The notes: generated by a model not told the origin, from the sequence alone. DNA of 64,000 nucleotides from Podarcis muralis (GCF_964188315.1 NC_135671.1:26350001-26414000); one strand, 5' to 3'; shown: positions 1-12,286, counted from the stretch's first letter. Numbers and translations are program-made.

Positions 1-744
1 TATGAGGCTTGCCCCCTAGAATCCTGGGAATTGTAGTTTGGTGCTGCTGCGGATAATTCTTTAATAGATTCCTAGTCCCAATCTCAGAACTGCATTTCCC
101 AAGGCTCTTTGTGGAGAAAAAATGACTATTGCATGAGGAGTGTGGCTGTGTCGATGGGTGAGTGTCAGTGACCTAGGTTTCACCTCGTACTATTCCTCAC
201 ATTTCCCTAATTACTCCCTAGCTGTCTCCTGAACCCCTCAATTGCTTCTTCTAATCTCCTTCTCACTCACCTTGCTTCTCCCAAAGTCCCACCTTTTGCA
301 CTCTCTCTGCCTCTTCAAACTAGTTCCCTTGTTTTGCTCCCTCCTCATTTCTTCCTGCTCTTATGCTCTTTTGCCTCCTAAATCTTTTTCTTTCTATCAC
401 CATTTCTCATGTCTTGTCTCTTCCTTGGCTTTCTTCACTTCATCTTTTCTATCTGTTTTCCCCTCTTTCAACTCAATCTGTTCTGTGCATCCCTTACTTT
501 GTCTCTTTGATAACTTCAGCTTCCCTTTCGTCCTAAAACCAATACCACAAATGCCTTGAAATGTTGCTGTTGCTGCTCCTGTCGCTCCCACCATCTTCCC
601 CTCTGCCGGCCTCGTCTTTTAAATACATAGTTTTATTGATTTCCAGTATAGAACAATTACAAAAAAAGAGAGAAAAGGATACAAAAACAAAATCCCAACT
701 TGCCCCCTTCCCTCCTCCAGGACAGATTAATCTAGTTAAATTTT

Positions 745-794
745 CAGACCACCCAGTTACCCAGCTTACCAGACCACCCAGTTACCCAGCTTAC
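745..794. repeat. Perfect 25-bp tandem duplication (cagaccacccagttacccagcttac x2)
   Basis: Read directly from the sequence. Confidence 0.95.
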
Positions 795-811
795 CAACAG
801 AAAGACACAAG

Positions 812-1552
812 TGAGCGCTGGCCTGACTTCAACAATAATGGCCGCTTGATTCCCGGAGCTCTTAGAAGGAGAAGAAGAGTTTGGATTTGATGTCCCGCTT
901 TATCACTACCTGAAGGAGTGGCTAACATTTCCCTTTCCCTTCCTTCCCCGAAAACAAACACCGTGAGGTGAGTGGGGCTGAGAGACTTCAGAGAAGTATG
1001 ACTAGCCCAAGGTCACCCAGCAGCTGCATGTGGATGAGCGGGGAAGCGAACCCGGTTCAGCAGATTACAAGTCCACCGCTCTTAACCACTACACCACACT
1101 GGCTCTCCCTAACCTAGGGTTAGGGTTAGAAAGCCATCAAGCAACACAGTCTGAATGACCTCTTAACAATCACAAAGAAACCTACCAAATCACCCAGCCC
1201 CAGATCGACACCACACAAGATCTAGTCCAAGGTCAACAAGAAGACCAAAATGGCATCGATTAAGGGAAAGACAGAAACAAGTTCCCCAGATAGTGAATAC
1301 GCAATAGTACCAAAACAGAACCTGGAGGAACTTGTATTGAAACTGAAAGAAGCCATCCGAGGCTCTCTCATGGACTATGCAATACCTGAAAGAACCCAAT
1401 GACTCCCTTGGAGCAACAGATCAAAGAACTGAACTCCAAGATGGAAATTCTTATGGGCGCCATCTTCAAATGCAAGAAGTACAAATAGTCCATGTCTAGA
1501 AGTAAAACACAAATATAAGAGATAAACCAGCTGACTTGGAGAACTGCCTCCA
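812..1552 (+). mobile_element. Degenerate L1-like 5' end (5' UTR plus ORF1 N-terminal coiled coil), interrupted by a Squam3 SINE
   Basis: YY1-like AATAATGGCCGC near 834-845. Frameshifted peptide MASIKGK...LEELVLKLKEAI...PLEQQIKELNSKME...RDKPADLENCLQK resembles the L1 ORF1 DLENRxRR motif, with CpG-type decay. Confidence 0.5.
865..1107 (-). mobile_element. Squam3-type tRNA-derived SINE
   Basis: Reverse complement starts GAGAGCCAGTGTGGTGTAGTGGTTAAGAG (A box), has a GGTTCGCTTCCCC B-box region and ends in a (TTC)n tail. Near-identical second copy at 57926-58169. Confidence 0.85.
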
Positions 1553-1589
1553 GAAGCTTCCCCAGCTTCCCCAAACAAGTGGAGAAGAG

Positions 1590-1720
1590 AGACCCAGCAG
1601 GCTCTGGAGCAATAGAAAACACATTTGCTGCATCATCCATGTAACAGCCCTTCAGATATTTGAAGATGGCTGTCCTGTCTCCTCTTAATTGTCTCTTCTC
1701 CAGACTGAACGTACACAACC
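1590..1720 (-). mobile_element. CR1 LINE fragment
   Basis: Minus-strand ORF FSLEKRQLRGDRTAIFKYLKGCYM, the typical CR1 ORF2 C-terminus. Confidence 0.8.
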
Positions 1721-3446
1721 CTTGATTCTCAATATTTAGATCTCTCGTCAGCTTTCCTTCTTGTGCACAGTCTCTGTTTGTTTCCTCTTATGTGTCCATG
1801 ACAGTCATTTGGAAACCTGTTGCTTTATATGGGAAAACAATTCCAGGAAGAAACAGTGTAATTTGAAGGAACTTCTACATTAGCATGCTTTGAATGCTAT
1901 GTTGGATGGATTTTTTCAGAGTTCCTCACCAGTCACATTCCTTATTTTGTGTTTTTGGGACATTTGAAGTTTTATCAGCTCTGCTGATGTTTTCCCCTTG
2001 TTAATATGCTTGACAACCTGGAGATCTAAATCAGAAAGCTTATTTTACTTTAGCAGACTATTTCCCAGAATGGAATTCTGCAATTTGAACTATTTACGAT
2101 ATTAGAGGGTTTCACAAAATGCCTGACCCCATTGCCTGCTCATTTGTAAAAGAAGATGTATACATTTATCTGTGTATACATGACTGGCTCATTAAAGCAA
2201 GCTCCAAGGAGGCAATCAATTCACATTGATCGCATTCTCACACTACTGTAACCTTTTTCATAATAAACGATGAGAAAATCTCTCTACTGTTCTGTGGCCC
2301 TGGAATAGGTAAGAGTCATGACCACTAGAAATTAGCAGCAGACTCCCTCCATGCCTTAGTGTTTCCTGTAGCCAGCTGTTCTCTAAACTGTGGAGAACCC
2401 AAATCCAATGTCCGTACCTTTTAACTAGTGCAGTTACTAGAAATATGAAAACTCTATAGCCTCCTGGCAAGGTGTGTGTATGACGGTGGTCAGGGAACAG
2501 GAAGAAATATGCTGGAATCAGGGAGGAAAAAGAGAATTTTTCTTTTTTTCTAAGGGCACTTGGTAGAACCTCTGGCCAGTTGACACTGTCAGCATCTAGA
2601 GCATCAAGAACCCATGAGTCTGTGCATCCTTATGCCTGATGCACCCCAGCTTTCCATAAGTTCCACCTGATCCAAACAAGACATAATTCCTTATTGTGAG
2701 TCAAGTTAAGAAGCCCAAACCAGGAGACTTTATACCAGTTCACAACAGTGACTTGTTCTTATGTGATGTCCAGCAAACTTATCAAGGCCAATAATGTTTC
2801 AGAAAACATTGAGAAATAATGTGTGATGATTTCATTTAGCACTTATTCATTAAATACAGTCTCCTCTGGGTGCATCCATACTGATCTTATTTATGTGATC
2901 TGATTATGGGTGGTGGTGGAGAGAGTTTATTGCTCCACTTCTAAGCTTTCTCATGGATAGCTTGTACCTTGTTAAAAAAAATTAAGGTTTTCCAAAATTT
3001 GTCTAGTGACAGGTCTCAGTGGTGTCCAGAGGCACCATTCTTGTTGAACTAATTTAATTTGATATTGTTCTTCACAATCCTGGTACAACTTAAGGCTCCC
3101 CTGTTTCCCCTTTTTAAAAAAGTGCCAGATACTGTATTTCCAATGCTAATTTTTCATCAGTAGTCAAATCCACAACAAAAATCTTTGTGGCACATCTGTC
3201 TACTACTGCTTCTTCCTACAGGTTGGATGCAGAGTTCCCATGAACTTTGCTCATGGGATGTTCCTACTAGAGGAAGCAAGGGAGGAAGTGATTTTTGCTG
3301 ATTCCACCTTCCCTCTGCGACCTTTCCACAAACAGAGAGAGTCCTTCTCCTCATGGAAGGAACATTGTGGTTTTAACCTTCTAGCTTTGGAAGTGACTTC
3401 TGTAAAAACACATGTGTCTACATGGTCAGGTATCACATTGAAAATG

Positions 3447-3568
3447 AATAGCTCAGTTGGTAGAGTTGGGTCATGGATTTGAGTTCCATGTCGGGCAAAA
3501 TATTCCTGCATTGCAGGGGATTGAACTAGATGACCCTTGTGGTCCCTTCCACTTCTATGATTCTATGA
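3447..3568 (+). mobile_element. Squam2-type SINE (tRNA head plus CR1 tail), internally deleted
   Basis: TAGCTCAGTTGGTAGAG A box followed by the CR1-type tail ctagatgacc...cttcc...ctatgattctatg. Confidence 0.75.
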
Positions 3569-4217
3569 GCTGATGTTATGCTCTGAATTTGTGTGTGATG
3601 ATGTTACTTTTAATTTTTTGAAGTGGATGCTATCATTGCATCATGAATAGCAGACCTGTATTAAGCAGTTTTGGCTCTGCAGCAAAAAGGCTATGTTTTA
3701 ATTTCATTTACAACAAAAACCCACTATCTACAGCAGCTCTTTTTTGGCACCCACATGAAACTTTTGAGCCATGAGTTTGCCATTCTTAGTTTGAGCCGGT
3801 AACTAATTATCTATGAATTAATTGGAGTCACAGAGTTTTCTTGGTAGACAGAACTTAATTCAAAGAGCCAAGCTTCCATGATGTGGTGAGGATTGTTTTA
3901 CTGCCTATACCATTATTTAATCTAGCTGCAGATACCATTTTAGTTTGCTAAGCTTTTAGTGTGAGTTGAAGTTCCACCTCCCTATTGATGTTGAATTGTT
4001 TTATCCTGCTGTTGGTTATGGCTGATTTTAGTAATTTGAATTACATTTTTTTAAAAAAATTCTTTTATGCAGCTTGGAGTTTTCTAAATACAGAAAAGCA
4101 GGGTGTTGTTTTCTTAAAAAGGGGCAAAAATCCATACTATTTTTGATCCTGTTATAATGATGTGCATCCTTCCATTTCTTGTTTAATTTTGTCTATAGCA
4201 TAATATATGTTTTCCAG

Positions 4218-4351
4218 AATTTGGAAGCTGATTTAACAGAGGCAAGTGGGCAAATGGAAACCTTGCACAGCAAATGCAATGATCTGGCATCTCAGCTGGG
4301 TGCTAAGCAGACTGAACTAACACAAAAAGATTTGGATGTGGCCAGAACTAG
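4218..4351 (+). CDS. CNTLN: Centlein coding exon A (NLEADLTEASGQMETLHSKCNDLASQLGAKQTELTQKDLDVARTR)
   Basis: ttccag acceptor, gtatgt donor, 134 nt (phase 0 to 2). Aligns residue for residue with recalled human TFEDNLIEARKEVEVSQSKYNALSLQLSNKQTELIQKDMDITLVR. Confidence 0.93.
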
Positions 4352-5869
4352 GTATGTGTGCAGTGTTTTTATAAAGGGCTTGTGAGCATTCCCATGATAA
4401 CGAATATGGGGCAACATCAAATGGTTTGCTTTTTGTAGTATGTTTTGCGCATTTTGAAAAAAGTTTAGAATGTCTACTGTTTACGCAGACTATCTCAATG
4501 CCTTTTGACTTCTGTTATGGACATTATTTAAAAATTGCACATCTCTAATTAGCATTGGGTCAAAGAGTTCTCAGTCTCTGCTGCAAGTCACAAAACATCA
4601 ATATGATTAGTAACATAAGCAATTAATTTGAGAGGCTAAATGCCCGAAACTGACAAAAGTTTGAAGCCTAACTTTCACTTTTTAATTAGAGTTAAGTCTG
4701 ACAGGTCAGCAGGAGTCTGCTGCTAAAGGTTTAAAATGTTGTGATTTTAGCTTTATCTGAGCGTTTCACATATTAAGTTGGATCATGAGGATTAATACTG
4801 CATGTATGAAATATGACTGACACGTAAGGCAAGTCTGAACCAAGAAGCACAAGCAGGGCAAACTTACGTTTCGGCTAATACGACTGTTGCTATGCGGGAG
4901 CTTAGATCAGTGTAAATAATTGGAATCTTATGCTGTCCCCAAAGAAATGTCCAAGCACAATTAACAGCAGTAGAAAAATGAGGGAACGTATTAATGATGA
5001 CAGCCACTCGGAACCCCTAGGAACTGTCTCGCAATCACCAATCACAGTGTTGCTGCAGATGATGTCCCGTATTAAGTGTGCATAGATTGTGCAGACAGTG
5101 GCCATATTTTGGATGTGAGCTGGCAGTCAATGGCTAGGCAAATTAGTTTGTTCTTGAGCCACACTCCTTTCTACCTCACAGCAGGGGACCAAACCTAAGA
5201 CATCTTTCCTGGAAACACTTCAGAACCCCTTGAAGCTATCCCACCAATGCAGGAACCTTTTGGGTAGTGCTGGTACGACACATATTGCTGCTGCTCCCTG
5301 CTCAAGTTGGCATTATCTGTTCAGGCATAATGCCTGGAAAGAGGTTATATCATCTCCAAATACTGATGTTCTGAATGGCCACTGTGCTTATCTAGCATAC
5401 ATTTAGCTTTCCATAGAAATGCCATGATGCCTCTTCCGTTTGCTTCCACTCTTTACTACAAGTTGCTACAACTCTCATCATCTCTGCACACTGGCTATGG
5501 TAGCTGGGACTGATAGAAGTTGTAGTTAAACAACACCTTGAGAGTCACAGGTTGGCCACCCTTGTTTTGCAGTTTTATTTTCTCCCATGGCCTTTCTGTA
5601 CCTTTTCTCTATGTGCATGAATTTAAACATATATGCGCATGCACACAGAAGATAGATTTCTATTATTTGCATACTACCTTTCATTTCAAATAAATACAAA
5701 AGCAGTTTATAGGACATTTAACAATAACAATAAAAAAACCAGTGTGTCTGAAGAAGTGTGCATGCACACAAAAGCTTATACCCAAAACAAACTTAGTTGG
5801 TCTCTAAGGTGCTACAGGACAATTTTTTTATATATTTCGACTGCGTCAGACCAACATGGCTACCTACCT

Positions 5870-6150
5870 GAATAAAAACCCAGTAATCAGTGGCGTCCTC
5901 CAGAGGGAGATCAACTTGTAAGGGAGGTGCCACATGGTGAAATCCCTTCCCTGCACCCCTGTGAGGTAGACATCTGAAGGCTGTGGTCTGGTAAAGAGGG
6001 ATGCTTCCACAGTTCACAGCAATCAGATTGGTCATTGTGGGAGAATGAAATTCGCTCAAATCACCTGGTTATTTAAGGCTTTATAAGCCTGTACTTAAAC
6101 CTCAAACTTTGCTCAGTATATGACAGCCAGTGCAGCTCTTTCAGAACAAT
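5870..6150 (-). mobile_element. Old L2 LINE fragment (approximate bounds)
   Basis: atttaaggctttata...ccagtgcagctctttcag motifs shared with the other L2 pieces in the window. Confidence 0.55.
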
Positions 6151-7918
6151 TTTACATGCATGCAGTGATGAAGACTCTTGCCCATGGAAGATTGTGCCAC
6201 GATAGGTCTTCGTTTAATGTGTCACAAACCTCCTCCTTGTTTCTGCGGTAACAGTCTTGTCCTCAGGCCGGCATTGGAATGTTTACCCATTGGGGACATC
6301 ATGAGACTCAGAAGCAAAACATGCAAAGGTTTGCACTGTTAACACAGCTGCCCCTCTGGAACATTTGCACTTTATATTCTAGGCAGTAATTCTTCTATAC
6401 GATGTCCATGGCAATAAGTAGCCTTTAAGGAACTTGTGTGGTGGTGACAGAATGGTCCGTCTTTACAGTGCACAAAGCCAAGAAAAAGATAATGCAATTC
6501 AGTATGCAAGTAGGAAGGGGCAAGAAATCTCCTGAGAGTAGTGTTGAAGAAATTAGCATGATATTCATTGCTTATAACCCTATAAGGCTCTTATTCTGTA
6601 CCTACAAATAAACATACAACTATGACTGTGAAAGATCTACAATACTTGTGGTTAGTATACCAGTAAGACAAATCTACAAAATATCAGCAAGGGTTATTCT
6701 GAGGATGACAGATACCATGGGCATGATGTATGTTCATAATTGCCACATCTAGCATCTGGATTGGTGGCAGCTGCTTATATTAAACTTTGGAAAGTTGCAC
6801 TTGAAGTTTGAAACCACTAAGATTCACAGGACTTAATATTCAATTCAGGTGTGAAAACCAATGTTCCTTTGAACTGGGTGCTTGGAATGGGAGCCTAAAT
6901 GAAACTCTGACATACTTGCTTTGCAGAGAAGCTGCGAAGGATATTGCTTCTCCAATTGTCCAACTTACAATTCTTTTTATTTCTTGCTGTATCTTTTCAT
7001 TGTCTGTGGTGCATATCTATTATTGGCTCCCTACAGCTCACAATGTGCAGATTCTGAAACCAGCTTCAGGATTACTCTACTGCACATTAACTCTCCACTT
7101 CAAGTGCTAGCATTAGCACTGCCCCAGCGTACGGCTAAGTTAACCATGGCTAAATTAACCAGGGTTCTCAAAACCACTTGAAACCCCATTTTCAGTCACC
7201 CACATGGATTAGACTGTGCACACCACTTGATGACTAAAGCTTAAGACATTAATCTGTGTTCAGTTATCTTTGGTATTATTCCAATATGTTGTGGGGAGCT
7301 TCCTCTGCTAAAATTGTTTTGCGTTGGCTACATCACAAAATGGCAATGCCTACCTTTATTACTTGGCCAGAAAACTAATAGGGGAAGAATGACGTCATTG
7401 CTTATAATTACCTCCCCATGTCTCTGTATTTGCATGATAGGAACTGGGATAAATGTAAATGTATCCCTTTCTTGTTTGTATTATTTGGGCAAAATTACTA
7501 CTTTATTCATTCCATACATGTTCAGAAACCTGCAAAGTTGAGCTCTGCACCCAGCAGAATTACAGCTGAAGCAGCGAACCACTTACTAGCAACCCTGTCG
7601 CTTATACTCAGGTCCTTTGTTCTGCTTTGTTGTTTAGACATTTACTTGTAGGGCATTAACCTTGAAATTTGCAGATAAATGCTTGGAATTGTGAGCTTTG
7701 AGGTCTCTTCCTTTTATAGTCTTCGCGAGGCTCCATTAAAACTGCTAGGTTTTGAAAAGTATCCTGTGATCAACTGCAGCATCCCCGCTGCTTGGCTGCT
7801 CTATCTCTTCTTACAATGTAATGACTGTGCTTTCTATGAAAGTTCGCTCGGCAGGAGAAGGCTTTGACTTCAGCAGCTGTGGGAATGAACAGAGCAGCTG
7901 CCTGACCTAAAGCTCTTT

Positions 7919-7921
<3 letters not shown>

Positions 7922-7963
<42 letters not shown>
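7922..7963. repeat. (AC)21 microsatellite
   Basis: Read directly. Confidence 0.95.
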
Positions 7964-7964
<1 letters not shown>

Positions 7965-8889
7965 ATAGAAATTCCTCACTTCGTCCACCAGTCTGGTGCC
8001 CTCCATGGCAAATTTCAGAAGTGGGGAGAAAGGGCAATAATTCCATTTTAGGTATCAGATCTTACTGACATTGGTATCTGCATCAGGGAAATGTTAATTT
8101 AATTAAAGTGCATTGTTGTAGCACCTGAGAGCAGATACTTGCTTCAGAAAGAGCAAATTATAATATATGGGGTTTTTTGTGAGAAATGATAATAATCATT
8201 TTTAAACAGGGAGATCCTTGAAGTAACTCCACAAAGTTAAATTAGGAGAGGGGATATTGAAAACTTGAGATCAGCATAGAGTCCAGTGGGTTTCATCATC
8301 CTTAAATCAATAGCTAACGTTAATCTAGCCTCCATTCTATTACTTGCATTTCTTTAGGGGACCCCCAAGGAGATCATAAGCAATACAGAATGGAAACATT
8401 TGGAAGTGCAGGGCAGACCACATTATACCAGTGCCAGGAATCTCAGCACATGATATACTTGTAATTGGTGTTTCAAGCAAGCGACCCCTCACTGTTGGGG
8501 AAGTTATAACTGGCATAACACATTTTGTGCACAAGATAGTTTCACCGTGCAAGTTGGGCTATGAATATAATCCAGAGCGGACTGCACATAGGCACATTTT
8601 TGCTGTGTTGCTTTCACATCCGCTAGCACCATGGAACTTCCCGCTGAGTTTGAAATACCCCAAAGTTTAAATACAAGTTTGAAGAATTAGTTATTTAAAA
8701 GAAAGACTATTGTGGCACTTTAAATACTATACTTTACTAATTGTGGCATAAGTTTTCATAGCACAAAGTGCTCTTTTCTGGTATTTATAGACCTTCCTAT
8801 TTGTAGGTTTACAAGACAGCCTACAATAAAGTTTAATTAAAAATTCATCCAGTAAAATTGAACAGATTAAAAATGTGTTGTAAAGATAA

Positions 8890-9045
8890 ATGGCCTAAAA
8901 AACTAGCAGTCAATTAAAAGGCATTGGAAAATAAAAAAGACCTTTCCCTGTTCCTGAAATGATATCCTGAAGTTAGCCTCCCTGGGAAAGCTGTTCCACA
9001 GCAAGGGTGAAAAGAGCCATCCCAAATAGTCAATATAGAATTGTC
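8890..9045 (-). mobile_element. Old L2 3' fragment (approximate bounds)
   Basis: gcctccctggga...gttccacagcaaggg...aaagagcc matches the L2 3' region seen at 17740-17800. Confidence 0.5.
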
Positions 9046-9555
9046 GCAGGCAGTTTCTCTTGTATTTCCTGGTAATGCAGTCCTACTTTTGCAAGGTACT
9101 CAAGAGGCTTGTGGTTGTGCAGCTTCAGATGTACTTGGACGAAGAAACAGGTTATCTTCACCCATTTTAGCCTGGCTTTGGTTTTCATACCAAGACAGCT
9201 GTGGTTAATCTGGTTGATCACCTGCTTTGTGAGAGATGGGGGAGTTCAAGTATGTTGGCCTTGCGGCTTTTGATACAATCACCCCACCTCCCCCCCCATC
9301 CAATGGTTGGGGTCACAGGGTTAACGTGTTTTTGCTGCTTCTTACAGGGCCACTTCCAGAGAATAGCATTGGATTACTTCTGCTTGGCCCTCGTGGCAGT
9401 TACGCTGTGGGGTCCCACAGGTTTCCTCCTTGTCCCCAGTACCATGTAACATCTAGATATAGAGCTGGGTGAGGTTGCCAGGGAGACTGAGAGTCTGCAC
9501 CACCAATAGACTGATTACTCCCAATTCTGTATCTACATACCATCCAAACACGGTA

Positions 9556-9852
9556 CAGTGGTGCCTCGCAAGACGAAATTAATCCGTTCCGCGATTCTCT
9601 TCGTCTTGCGGTTTTTTCGTCTTGTGAAGCACGGCTATTAGCGGCTTAGCGGCTATTAACGGCTTAGCGGCTATTAACGGCTTAGCGGCTTTAAGAAAAA
9701 GGAAACAAACTCGCAAGAACTCGCAAGACGTTTCGTCTTGCGAAGCAAGCCCATAGGGAAATTCATCTTGCGGAACGACTCAAAAAACGGAAAAACCTTT
9801 CGTCTAGCGAGTTTTTTGTCTTGCGAGGCATTCGTCTTGCGGGGCACCACTC
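9556..9852. mobile_element. pogo/Tigger-like (Tc1/mariner) MITE, family 1
   Basis: TIRs CAGTGGTGCCTCGCAAGACGAA / TTCGTCTTGCGGGGCACCACTC, TA on both sides (9554-5, 9853-4). Second copy at 57434-57726. Confidence 0.92.
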
Positions 9853-10019
9853 TACTGGAAGGCATTGACGAGCTGGAAGAGGGCCAAAAAACTGAAACTG
9901 CATCCTGACAAAATGGCGGCACTGTTGGTGGGCAGTTCTCATGTCTGAGAATTGGATGTTTGGGCTTTTCTGGAGGGAGTTGTAAAGGAGCAAGTGTGTA
10001 GTTCAAGAATGCTCCTAAA

Positions 10020-10260
10020 CCCAATAACTTTGTTAGAGACCCAGGTTTGTTTAGCAGCTGTGGTCATTCCTGGATTGAGATTCCCTGGTGGCAGTTTTGC
10101 TTGCTCCAAGATCTCCCATTTGGATTACTGTAATGCACTCCATATGGGTTACCCTTGAAGGCAGTCTAGAAACTGTAGCTAGTGCCTGACATTGCCGCAC
10201 AGGTTTTAACAGTTGCACTAGTAGGGAGTCATAATTTCCACTGGCTGCCTTTATGCTACT
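10020..10260 (+). mobile_element. Old L2 LINE ORF2 fragment (approximate bounds)
   Basis: Encodes ISHLDYCNALHMG, the L2 SRLDYCNALY.GLP motif. Confidence 0.65.
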
Positions 10261-11415
10261 GAGCATCTAGCATATGTTTTCATTCTTCCAGTAGTAAAAG
10301 GCATTGTTTTGTCAACTATCTGTTAGCATATTAATTCTCTTGAGTCTTCTGTTTGTTCTGTTACATAATTCATGTCCCTGTCATCTGAATTTCTTTCCTC
10401 CTTTGGGTTTAAATGGACACATAACAATGTTTCTGTCTGTTTGTTTCTGTAAACAGCCTGCCATTTTAATGGCATTAAGTACCTGATTCATACGGTAAAT
10501 CTACACAAAATGTTGTTCCTCTGTAATAAAGAGAAGCTAAGATTTTAAATTTTTAAAATCTTAAGATCCTAAATAGATACAAAGAATACTGAAAATAAAA
10601 AGCAAGATCAAAATATATAAATCAAACTGAACCACTGTTTTTAGCTGTGCTTTTAATGATCACATTTCTGCTCTCACAGGAAATTCTGAATTGCTAAACA
10701 TTTTTGCTATATAGTAGAATGGAAAATCAGAAATTCAAAAGCTAAGCCTTCTTTGAGTGGTATTCAACAAAGTTTTACACAGAATAGACCTGTTAATATT
10801 ATTCGGTCTAGCATAGTCATGTTTATTGATTTCAGACAAGTAGAAATGTTTGCACTGGCAGAGTGATCTGCTTAGCACTACGTTGAATTCTACCCCCTGT
10901 CTTTGGCCTGATATAAGGTGGGTCTTTCAAATTCCTTAAACATCACAAGAAGTTTCACAACACCTCTTTGGACTAGTTCTTACTGTCCCCTTGTTATGTG
11001 TTCTGTTACATAAACTCCTTAGTAGGACATTTTCACTGCAAGCATATTTTATCAGGAATCAAAAAAGGTATGAATAAAAACAGTGAAAGTCACCTGCATG
11101 TATCCCTTCTTATGTTTTTGCTTTAAAAAGTATATTGAATAATGAAAGGAGAACCGCAAGTGTTTCTGTGAGAACTTGTTGAAGACCATTTATGTTACCA
11201 TTCATATTGTTGAAATGAATTAAAATGAAAACTGACATTACAGTTTATATTTCTTTTCTTTTTAGTTTATCACTCTTTCTTATCACTCAATGAATCTGAA
11301 ACGATAGATGAGAGTGGAAGATTTCCCCATAAAAACAGCTAACATAACTGTTTAATTGAGATGATTGCAATATTTCTTTTGCTCAAGTTTCTTGTTTCTT
11401 GCTTGCTTTGCACAG

Positions 11416-11578
11416 GAAGGAGTTGCAGGAGCTGCAGAATCTCTACAAACAAAACACTGAACATGCAGCACAGCAGGCAGAGCTGATCCAGCAGCTTCAG
11501 GCTCTCAATATGGATACGCAAAAAGTACTGAGAACTCAGGAAGATGCTCACACAGCTGAAACAATATCATATCAAAAA
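11416..11578 (+). CDS. CNTLN: Centlein coding exon B (KELQELQNLYKQNTEHAAQQAELIQQLQALNMDTQKVLRTQEDAHTAETISYQK)
   Basis: gcacag acceptor, gtatgt donor, 163 nt (phase 2 to 0). Near-identical to recalled human KELQELQNLYKQNSTHTAQQAELIQQLQVLNMDTQKVLRNQEDVHTAESISYQK. Confidence 0.97.
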
Positions 11579-11741
11579 GTATGTAGGCGCTCCGAAAGTG
11601 CATTTCCTTCTTTACAAGGGCAAAGCTTTGCAAAATTGTCACCTTCACTATAAGTGCAATATGTGGTTGGACTTGTGTGAGTAGTCATTGAAGGTCAGTG
11701 GCAAATAGCTTGTTCCATCACTGCCCTTGGCCTCATCACTA

Positions 11742-12093
11742 AGGTAAGGTAAAGGGACCCCTGACCTTTAGGTCCAGTCGTGACCGACTCTGGGGTTGCG
11801 GCGCTCATCCCATTATTGGCCGAGGGAGCCGGCGTACAGCTTCCGGGTCATGTGGCCAGCATGACTAAGCCGCTTCTGGCGAACCAGAGTAGCGCACGAA
11901 ATCGCCATTTACCTTCCCACCGGAGCGGTACCTATTTATCTACTTGCACTTTGACGTGCTTTCGAACTGCTAGGTTGGCATGAGCAGGGACCAAGCAACA
12001 GGAGCTCACCCCATCGCAGGGATTCGAACCGCCGACCTTCTGATCGGCAAGTCCTAGGCTATGTGGTTTAACCCACAGCGCCACCTGTGTCCC
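11742..12093 (-). mobile_element. Sauria/Squam1 SINE copy 1
   Basis: Full-length: tRNA-like head at right, (ACCTTT)-type tail at left. TSD cctcatcacta at 11731-11741 and 12097-12107. Confidence 0.95.
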
Positions 12094-12286
12094 TGTCCTC
12101 ATCACTACCACACTGTTATTGACATGTTTCTCTTTGCACCTGAGGAAGGGAGGACATATAATTCGACACTCCTGTTTCCAGACGGGGAAAAATATAGCAC
12201 AATCAATGTGCACCAGTTTGCTGTGTTCCTTTTTCTTCTTTTATCTGTTTATTTTAATTAACAAAATGTATACACCACTTACACTA

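Noticed and set aside
25-100. ZNF143/THAP11-like motif (CTGGGAATTGTAGTT), with related hairpins at about 5455-5526 and 19025-19085
   Set aside because: Part of a very common degenerate squamate palindromic repeat, with no promoter or CpG-island context.
242-594. Leu/Ser/Phe-rich ORF on + and Lys/Glu-rich ORF on -
   Set aside because: Pyrimidine-rich low-complexity DNA. The minus frames are broken by stops and show no recognisable homology.
9600-9850. Regularly recurring 11-bp motif resembling a CRISPR-like or CENP-B-box array
   Set aside because: It lies inside a TA-flanked MITE, spacing is irregular, and the TTCG-N4-A-N2-CGGG CENP-B spacing is not met. The host is a vertebrate.
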